DNA from: Microcystis aeruginosa NIES-2549
Lineage (GTDB): Bacteria; Cyanobacteriota; Cyanobacteriia; Cyanobacteriales; Microcystaceae
Direction: 5' to 3'
NCBI RefSeq assembly: GCF_000981785.2
Contig: NZ_CP011304.1
Location: 1,380,001 to 1,412,000, forward strand
DNA length: 32,000 bases
Positions 8,549 to 15,327 of the stretch are shown here, in pieces. Numbering within the stretch: position 1 is the first letter of the stretch; each line of letters opens with the position of its first letter. A model generated the notes under the pieces. It did no database searches. It was not told the origin of the DNA and saw nothing but the letters and a program-made list of their open reading frames with translations. Made by a program: the position numbers and the translations under genes.

Positions 8549-10243
8549 GTGATAAAATTGCCCACCATACTGACTCGATCGCCAATGAAGTCTAGAAAAG
8601 GGTTAATCTCGGTCAAGCAAGCTTATCTAAAAATTCTATCGGTGATCCTAGTTCTGGCGATAATTGGTTTATCGGTAGTAGGAAACTATGGTATCACTTG
8701 GGACGAACCGATCGAAGTGGATATGGTCAATCATAATCTCGAATATATCCGAGAAAACAAGCCCATATCAGAAATGTCGCGTCATTACGGCTTTTATTTT
8801 AACTACATATCCCAACTTATCTATGAAACCAAAGAAAATTTTTTCCCTGCTACCCCCAATCTTCCCCCCAATCCCACCGATAAGGAGGAATGGCTATCGA
8901 GGATCTGGCAAATAACCCGGGTTAAGCACGTTGTCACCTTTCTTTTTTCCCTGATTACCTATCTATCGGTGGTGGGAATCGTCGCTATCCTAGCAGGAAT
9001 CGAATCTGCTTGGTTAGGTGCGCTAATTTTAGCCCTATTTCCCGCTTTTTGGGGTCATAGCTTCTTTAATCCCAAAGATATTCCCTTTGCAGCCATGTTC
9101 ACCCTCGGAACCTTCGCCGGTTCCCTATTGCTAGATAAATATTTTCGATCCGAAAATCAGGCTATTAAACTAGGATTTAACCGTTTAACCGTTTATTCTT
9201 GTCTCTACGGGGTTCTCGCTGGTTTAATCACCGGAATTCGCATCGGTGGCTTTTTTATCCTCTTTTATCTCATCTTCGCCCATCTGGTGGCCCGATGGGA
9301 TCTCAAAACCCTCCCCAAAACTCTCTGGCGTTTTCTGCCCCTATACGCAGTTATTATAATTTTTTGGGCAATAACAACCTATATAGTCCATCCTGCCGCT
9401 TGGAGAGACCCGATTACTTGGTTTATCGAAGCGATAACCCTCATGTCAAAGTATAACATCTGGGATAATACGGTTCTCTTTGACGGTCAAAATATCCCCG
9501 GTCGTTCCCTACCGTGGTACTATCTACCCCGGCTATTTTCCCTCACCACCCCCGTCCTCCTGCAAATCGCCGCCCTGGTCGGTGTAATTGGGATTTTGAC
9601 AAAAATGACCAAATTAACGCCAACCCAGCGTGCTTGCGCCCTAATCACCGTACTCCAAGCGTTTTTACTGCCTACCGTTGCTATCCTGCGTCAATCTACT
9701 CTCTACGACGGCATCCGTCACTTTTTATTTGTCATTCCCGCCCTAGCAGCGATCGCAACTACGGTCATTATTTGGACATACCATAAACTCAAACAAAAGT
9801 CAATAAAAATCTTTCTCACTACCCTGCTAATCCTCAACTTTAGCCTCATTGTCCACGACATGATTAGCCTACATCCCTACGAATACACCTACTATAATCG
9901 CGCCTACGGAGGCTTAAAAGCTGCCCACGGTCAACAGGAAACCGATTACTGGGGATTAAGTCTCAAAGAGGGGATGGAATGGCTTAATCAAAATGCCGCC
10001 GCTAACTCTACCATTGTCGTTGCCGGTCCGATGTTTGCGGCAGAAATGGTAGAGAATCACCAACGAAACTTTACGATGATCTATCGAGATGACTTTGCTT
10101 GGGGAAAAGCTCCCGACCCCGATTATTACATGGGTTTATCCCGATACGATTATTTCCAAGCTTTCCCCCATTGTCCCACTGTTCACGCCGTCCAACGCCA
10201 AGAAACCCCCCTAACTATCATTAAACATTGTCGTCAGCCATGA
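8549..10243 (+). CDS. GT-C membrane glycosyltransferase, ArnT/PMT (GT39/GT83)-like
   Basis: Many TM helices. An acidic first-loop motif GITWDEPIE follows TM1, as in the DE motif of ArnT/PMT enzymes. Soluble C-terminal domain. Starts at a GTG; an alternative ATG lies about 36 nt downstream (MKSRKG...). Confidence 0.65.
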   Translation: MIKLPTILTRSPMKSRKGLISVKQAYLKILSVILVLAIIGLSVVGNYGITWDEPIEVDMVNHNLEYIRENKPISEMSRHYGFYFNYISQLIYETKENFFPATPNLPPNPTDKEEWLSRIWQITRVKHVVTFLFSLITYLSVVGIVAILAGIESAWLGALILALFPAFWGHSFFNPKDIPFAAMFTLGTFAGSLLLDKYFRSENQAIKLGFNRLTVYSCLYGVLAGLITGIRIGGFFILFYLIFAHLVARWDLKTLPKTLWRFLPLYAVIIIFWAITTYIVHPAAWRDPITWFIEAITLMSKYNIWDNTVLFDGQNIPGRSLPWYYLPRLFSLTTPVLLQIAALVGVIGILTKMTKLTPTQRACALITVLQAFLLPTVAILRQSTLYDGIRHFLFVIPALAAIATTVIIWTYHKLKQKSIKIFLTTLLILNFSLIVHDMISLHPYEYTYYNRAYGGLKAAHGQQETDYWGLSLKEGMEWLNQNAAANSTIVVAGPMFAAEMVENHQRNFTMIYRDDFAWGKAPDPDYYMGLSRYDYFQAFPHCPTVHAVQRQETPLTIIKHCRQP

Positions 10244-11205
10244 TCGAAATGACCTCTATTCCGCCGATTTCCCTGCAAAACTACCGTATCGCCGCGATTA
10301 TTCCCTGTCACAACGAAGAACTAACAATCGCTAAAGTTGTCTCCCAATTCCAAACTTTTTTGCCAGAAGCGGCAATTTATGTTTATAACAACCGCTCTAG
10401 CGATGATACCGTGACCGAAGCACTGAAAGCGGGGGCGATCGTTCGTCAGGAAATCCAGCCGGGGAAAGGCAATGTTGTCCGGCGGATGTTTGCCGATATC
10501 GAGGCCGATATCTATATTCTTATTGATGGCGATGATACCTACGAAATTGCGGCAGTACGTCGCTTAATTGAACGAATGCTGGGGGAACAATTGGATATGG
10601 TCGTCGGTGCGCGTCGGGAAGCGGTAAAATCCTCCCAGGCTTATCGTCCGGGTCATCGCGCTGGTAATCTATTTTTAACAGGATTCGTGAAATTTCTGTT
10701 TGGAGCGCGTTTAATCGATATGCTCTCCGGTTATCGCGTCTTTTCCCGTCGTTTCGTCAAATCTTTTCCCGCTTTATCCAATGGTTTCGAGATTGAAACC
10801 GAGTTAACTATCCACGCTTTAGAATTAAAAATTCCCTTCGCTGAAGAACCAACCCTCTACGGGGAACGTCCCGAGGGTTCCCAAAGTAAGTTAAAAACCT
10901 TTCAAGATGGCTGGCGGGTATTGGGAACCGCTATCCTACTATTTAAAGAAATTCGTCCTTTTCTCTTTTTTAGCCTTGTCTCGCTGATTTTGGCGCTTAT
11001 TTCCCTCCTCTTAGCGATCCCCGTCCTGTTTGAATACCTCGAAACCGGCCTAGTACCACGTTTTCCCACCGCTATTTTATCGGCCTCGATCATGCTTTTA
11101 GCCTTTTTAAGTTTGACCTGTGGCATGATCCTCGATTCCGTCTCCCGGGGACGAAAAGAGATGAAACGAATGGCTTATCTAGCTAACAGTTGGCCAAAAG
11201 GTTAG
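10240..11205 (+). CDS. GT2 polyprenyl-phosphate sugar synthase-like glycosyltransferase (GtrB/ArnC/DPM1-like)
   Basis: AAIIPCHNEE, YNNRSSDDT, LIDGDDTYE (DxD), MLSGYRVFSRRF, followed by two C-terminal TM helices. Its ATG overlaps the upstream stop (ATGA at 10240-10243). The tracked TTG at 10228 is a less likely start. Confidence 0.8.
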   Translation: MIEMTSIPPISLQNYRIAAIIPCHNEELTIAKVVSQFQTFLPEAAIYVYNNRSSDDTVTEALKAGAIVRQEIQPGKGNVVRRMFADIEADIYILIDGDDTYEIAAVRRLIERMLGEQLDMVVGARREAVKSSQAYRPGHRAGNLFLTGFVKFLFGARLIDMLSGYRVFSRRFVKSFPALSNGFEIETELTIHALELKIPFAEEPTLYGERPEGSQSKLKTFQDGWRVLGTAILLFKEIRPFLFFSLVSLILALISLLLAIPVLFEYLETGLVPRFPTAILSASIMLLAFLSLTCGMILDSVSRGRKEMKRMAYLANSWPKG

Positions 11206-11249
11206 GGGGAAAAGTTCACTAAACATACAGGTCTAGGTCACATATCGGG

Positions 11250-11615
11250 TTAAATCGTCTGTAACTGTTGCAGCACGGAGGAGGGTTTTTTGCCAATAAA
11301 CTCCGCTGGCGAAATTTGATATTTAATCAGATTGGCTAATTCCTCTAGTTGGCTGATGGCTTCCGCACCTTCGAGTTTCATTAACTCTCGGTCGTCCCGC
11401 ATTTCTGTCCAAGTGATGCCGTAATCGGACACGAGAAACCGAATTAGATGGGTTTCACCCAATCCCACCATAAAGGATGCGCTGTTCATTTGACCGCCAC
11501 AGGTGTAGCAAGATGCTAGATAACCTTGATTTTCCAATGCGATCGCTAAGGCCTGTAAATCCATGACTAAGTCTTTGACCAGTTGGCGATGCTGTTCTGC
11601 AAGTCGTTTAAACAC
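11250..11615 (-). CDS. Hypothetical protein (no family recognised)
   Basis: Open frame with a strong AGGAGG 7 nt upstream of a GTG at 11615. The tracked TTG at 11642 lies upstream of that Shine-Dalgarno site. Coding-like composition. No motif recognised. Confidence 0.55.
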   Translation of the reverse strand: MFKRLAEQHRQLVKDLVMDLQALAIALENQGYLASCYTCGGQMNSASFMVGLGETHLIRFLVSDYGITWTEMRDDRELMKLEGAEAISQLEELANLIKYQISPAEFIGKKPSSVLQQLQTI

Positions 11616-11942
11616 AATTTTCCTCCTGATAACACTCCTCAATTATAAAACCTTAATACTTTTTTAAGATTCTTGCTTGAGAAAATAAGGTATGTGAACC
11701 AAGTTTTTTTACGGATGTTAAGCAACAAAATGTAAAGAACCCGAGGCCTAGGGTAGCGTGAATTCCTGAGTTCGCCAAGTATATATAACTACAAAGCCAC
11801 CAGTTTATCCATCTTTCCACCTCCTCGATCCCAACCATTCCCATCATGCCCATTTTTAAAGTTTATGATCCGGTTTCGACAAAAAAGTTCGTAAATCTAT
11901 ATTGACAATTACATAAACCTATGCTTCTATGCCGGATGCGGA

Positions 11943-12003
11943 GGGGTGTGGGGTGTGGGGTGTAGGGTGTAGGGTGTGGGGTGTCGGGTGTCGGGTGTGG
12001 GGA
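11943..12003. repeat. G-rich heptamer tandem array, (GGGGTGT)-like x8 plus a partial unit
   Basis: Read directly: ggggtgt ggggtgt ggggtgt agggtgt agggtgt ggggtgt cgggtgt cgggtgt gggga. Confidence 0.9.
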
Positions 12004-12020
12004 GAATAAATAAAAATAAT

Positions 12021-12062
12021 CTCCTGTCTCCTGACTCCTGATCACTGATCACTGATTGCTGA
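12021..12062. repeat. Second heptamer tandem array (CTCCTGA / TCACTGA type, 6 units)
   Basis: ctcctgt ctcctga ctcctga tcactga tcactga ttgctga. The CTCCTGA unit recurs near 21090. Confidence 0.85.
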
Positions 12063-12106
12063 TAAGATTGTTACGAAAATATAAACACGAAATTCTATAG
12101 TTAGCC

Positions 12107-12814
12107 ATGACCCAAAACGGAAGCTCGAAGTCGATCGTTGTCTCTCCCTCGATCCTATCGGCGGATTTTAGTAAATTAGGAGCCGATATCGAGGCTGTGG
12201 ATAAGGCAGGAGCCGATTGGATTCACGTTGATGTGATGGATGGTCGTTTTGTCCCGAATATCACCATTGGACCCCTGATTGTCTCCGCTATTCGTCCCTA
12301 TACGAAAAAACCTTTAGATGTGCATTTAATGATCGTCGAACCAGAAAAATATGTGGCTGACTTTGCGAAAGCGGGTGCTGACATTATTTCTGTTCACGCT
12401 GAACATAATGCTTCTCCCCACCTTCATCGTACTCTTTGTCAGATCCGCGAACTCGGTAAACAAGCGGGTGTGGTATTAAATCCCTCCACTCCCTTAGATT
12501 TAATCGAATATGTGCTGCATTTGTGCGATTTAGTCCTAATTATGAGCGTTAACCCCGGTTTTGGTGGCCAGAGTTTTATCCCGGAAGTTGTCCCCAAAAT
12601 CCGTCAATTACGCCAAATGTGCGATGAAAGAGGCTTGGATCCCTGGATTGAAGTGGATGGCGGCTTGAAACCGGCTAATACTTGGCAAGTTCTCGAAGCG
12701 GGTGCTAATGCGATCGTAGCAGGTTCGGCGGTATTTAATGCCCCCGATTACGCGGCGGCGATCGAAGGTATCCGTAACAGCAAACGTCCCCAACCTCAAT
12801 TAGCCACGGTTTAA
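12107..12814 (+). CDS. rpe: Ribulose-phosphate 3-epimerase
   Basis: [51 protein letters not shown] and AGSAVF are canonical Rpe blocks. Confidence 0.95.
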   Translation: MTQNGSSKSIVVSPSILSADFSKLGADIEAVDKAGADWIHVDVMDGRFVPNITIGPLIVSAIRPYTKKPLDVHLMIVEPEKYVADFAKAGADIISVHAEHNASPHLHRTLCQIRELGKQAGVVLNPSTPLDLIEYVLHLCDLVLIMSVNPGFGGQSFIPEVVPKIRQLRQMCDERGLDPWIEVDGGLKPANTWQVLEAGANAIVAGSAVFNAPDYAAAIEGIRNSKRPQPQLATV

Positions 12815-12862
12815 TTGCCGCAGGGGTGGGTTAGCTGTTGATTAATTATCTTAGTATTGGCA

Positions 12863-13669
12863 CTAACCCACTCTGCTGATTTGTTCTAAAACCTGCCGCC
12901 ATAAACCCGAATTAGAGACGGCTAAAACTTCGCTAGAATCAGCTTTTAGGGGATTACCAGACCAATCGCTAATTATTCCGCCCGCACCTTCAATAATCGG
13001 GATTAAAGCACAAAAATCGTAGTATTTCAGGTCTGATTCTAGGATTACCATCGGCATGGCAGTGCAGCCAGTGGCTAACATCATATAGTTATAACAATCA
13101 CCCCCAAAAGCGGTACGTTTACAGACGCTTTGCAGCTGACGAGCGATCGCCTGTTGTCGTTCTGTGATAAACATTAAGGGAGTGGTGGAGGCTAAACAGG
13201 CATTTTTTAAGACAAGTTCCCGATCCTGACGATAGGGATTAACAATCATCTGGTTATTATAAAGACTGGCTTTTCCCTTCACTCCTAACCAGCGATCGCC
13301 TAAAATCGGTTGATCGACAATTCCTAAAATCGGTTGATTTTCTGCCACTAGGCCGATTAAAGTTCCAAAAATCGGCAATCCTTTGACAAAAGAGGATGTG
13401 CCATCGATCGGATCCAACACCCAATAACGACCACTTTGGGAGGGAATATTGGCTCCTTCTTCCCGAATAACCCCATCTTCGGGTAATTCTCGCTGAATAA
13501 TCGCCACCATCGCCTCCTCAGCTTCTTGATCGGCGATTGTTACTATTGAGGAAACTTGCTCGAGTTTGGTCTCGGTTTCTAGATGGGGCTGCCGAAAATA
13601 GCGCCGGATAATCTCTCCAGACGCGTCCGCTAATTGATGAGCTAGTTGGATAGTGCGATCGATATTCAT
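12863..13669 (-). CDS. Inositol monophosphatase-family phosphatase (SuhB/HisN-like)
   Basis: The metal-binding motif WVLDPIDGTSSF and the C-terminal block DFCALIPIIEGAGG, with family-typical length. ATG at 13669; the tracked start at 13672 is a TTG one codon upstream. Confidence 0.85.
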   Translation of the reverse strand: MNIDRTIQLAHQLADASGEIIRRYFRQPHLETETKLEQVSSIVTIADQEAEEAMVAIIQRELPEDGVIREEGANIPSQSGRYWVLDPIDGTSSFVKGLPIFGTLIGLVAENQPILGIVDQPILGDRWLGVKGKASLYNNQMIVNPYRQDRELVLKNACLASTTPLMFITERQQAIARQLQSVCKRTAFGGDCYNYMMLATGCTAMPMVILESDLKYYDFCALIPIIEGAGGIISDWSGNPLKADSSEVLAVSNSGLWRQVLEQISRVG

Positions 13670-14037
13670 CAATAAAAGTTATCCATACAGGAAAACAATA
13701 ATGTTTATTTATGGTAGAGGGGAGAGGGGAGAGGTGGGGGATTTAGCGTAAATTTCCCTATCACCCTAAATCTCTATTGCCTCTTGCATAGTGCGATCAA
13801 TATTCATCAATAAAAGTTATCCATACAGGAAAACAATAATGTTTATTTATGGGAAAGGGGAATTCGGGAATTGGGGGAAATTTCCCTATCACCCTAAATC
13901 TCTATTGCCTCTTGCATAGTGCGATCGATATTCATCAATAAAAGTTATCCATAGTGGAAAACAATAATGTTTATTTATGGTAAAGGGGAAGTGGGGAAGT
14001 GGGGGAAATTTGCCTATCACCCTAAATCCCTATTGCC
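13651..14037. repeat. Tandem triplication (units about 138, 128 and 121 bp) covering the first 19 nt and upstream region of the IMPase-family gene
   Basis: The anchor tagtgcgatc(g/a)atattcatcaataaaagttatccata recurs at 13651, 13789 and 13917. Each unit also carries ...aacaataatgtttatttatgg + a variable G-rich core + aaatttccctatcaccctaaatctctattgcc. Confidence 0.9.
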
Positions 14038-14154
14038 GCGTCGAAGCTAGAACTATCAGTGGGTAACAGTTTGATTTTGACTCCATAATTAAATTAGTCA
14101 ACGATCGACTCAATCTCAAGACGAGAAAAAATTAATCTATTAGGAGTTTAGCTG

Positions 14155-14550
14155 ATGACGGCTTTTACGGAAAATGACCTAAAAAGGTTAGAAAATCTGA
14201 TTATCAATGGACAAAAAGCGATCGAAACTCGTTTAACCTCTCTGGAGAATGGACAAAAAGCGATCGAAACTCGTTTAACCTCTCTGGAGAATGGACAAAA
14301 AGCGATCGAAACTCGTTTAACCTCTCTGGAGAATGGACAAAAAGCGATCGAGAATAGTGTCGGAGAGATCAAAAGAGAAATTCAGGTCTTAGAGATAGGA
14401 CAGACGGAAATTAAGGGAGAAATCAGGACTTTAGACGCAAAAATCACCGGTTTAAATGAAAGAGTGCAACTCATCGAGGCATCCGTGGGAAAAATTCCCG
14501 ATTTAGCTGAAAAAATCGGGGGGGTAAAAAACTGGATTCGGGGAAAATAA
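14155..14550 (+). CDS. Coiled-coil repeat protein (function unknown)
   Basis: GGAG lies 9 nt upstream of the ATG. Heptad-like sequence with 14-aa repeats NGQKAIETRLTSLE, then related EIKREIQVLE/TEIKGEIRTLD segments. No TM segment or recognised domain. Confidence 0.6.
   Translation: MTAFTENDLKRLENLIINGQKAIETRLTSLENGQKAIETRLTSLENGQKAIETRLTSLENGQKAIENSVGEIKREIQVLEIGQTEIKGEIRTLDAKITGLNERVQLIEASVGKIPDLAEKIGGVKNWIRGK
14206..14351 (+). repeat. Perfect 42-bp in-frame tandem repeat, 3 full copies plus 20 bp
   Basis: aatggacaaaaagcgatcgaaactcgtttaacctctctggag at 14206, 14248 and 14290, with a partial copy at 14332-14351. No mismatches seen. Confidence 0.95.
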
Positions 14551-14602
14551 AACTAGGCCATGTAACATAGTATTAAGCATTTGTATATTTTTATTAATTT
14601 TT

Positions 14603-15277
14603 ATGGAACAGACAGCTTTAAATCTGATCGCGATTACCGTTTTTTCGATCACTCTTTCCGTATTTGTCACCCCTTTGCTGTCTATTTCGCCTTTTGTCCC
14701 CGCTTTAGCTACTCTTAGCCTCTTGGGATTAGTTACCGTCGATACTCTCACCTTTAATAACCGGGGCGTGACTTTACTACTGGATGCTCTTTCTCCCAGT
14801 AAACACCGTCAAAGAGTTATTCACCACGAAGCCGGACATTTTCTCACCGCTTATATTTTGGGCATTCCGATCGCCAGTTATAGTTTGACCGCCTGGGAAG
14901 CCTTTCGTCAAGGCCAGGAGGGAGTCGGCGGCGTTCAATTTGACATAGCAGATTTAGAGCAAAAAGTCAAGAACTTTACCGATTTTCCTGCTTTTTTAGA
15001 GCGAATTTCTACGGTGTGGATGGCGGGAATTGCTGCCGAAACCTTAGTTTATGGTAAAGCGGAGGGGGGAGAAAGCGATCGATTTTATCTGCAATCGGCC
15101 TTAAAATTAGCGGGGGTTCCTGAGAATAATTATGCCCAAAAAGAGCGCTGGAGTTTATTACAGGCAAAAACTCTTTTAGAAAAACAACAGACTGCCTATC
15201 AAGCTTTAGTGATAGCTATGGAAAAAAGGGCCAGTGTGGAAGAATGCTGTCGGGTGATTAGTGAAAGTTTAGTATAA
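14603..15277 (+). CDS. Membrane-anchored M41 (FtsH-type) peptidase-domain-like protein lacking an AAA+ module
   Basis: Two N-terminal hydrophobic helices. HEAGH zinc motif (14825-14839). Downstream VWMAGIAAETLVYG...GGESD resembles the FtsH protease domain. Confidence 0.6.
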   Translation: MEQTALNLIAITVFSITLSVFVTPLLSISPFVPALATLSLLGLVTVDTLTFNNRGVTLLLDALSPSKHRQRVIHHEAGHFLTAYILGIPIASYSLTAWEAFRQGQEGVGGVQFDIADLEQKVKNFTDFPAFLERISTVWMAGIAAETLVYGKAEGGESDRFYLQSALKLAGVPENNYAQKERWSLLQAKTLLEKQQTAYQALVIAMEKRASVEECCRVISESLV

Positions 15278-15327
15278 CGGGAAAAGTAATCAGGGATAGA
15301 TTTGATAATTTCTCCGTTAAATTATTT

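Noticed and set aside
11653-12045. Two short ORFs (66 and 60 aa) in the spacer upstream of rpe
   Set aside because: The second is just the translation of the heptamer array (PHPTP repeats). The first has no RBS or recognisable features. The region is better explained as repeat or promoter DNA.
13700-14050. Plus-strand mini-ORFs starting MFIYG(K/R)GE... in each 128-bp unit, considered as tandem RiPP precursor peptides
   Set aside because: No RBS. The frame and stop differ in unit 1 (16 codons vs about 26). The variable part coincides with the slippage-prone G-rich core. No maturation enzymes are nearby. Probably fortuitous.
13651-14351. Possible CRISPR array (regularly spaced repeats)
   Set aside because: The 42-bp units are directly abutting with no spacers and lie in frame within an ORF. 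The roughly 128-bp units are whole-unit tandem duplications. There are no cas genes in the window.
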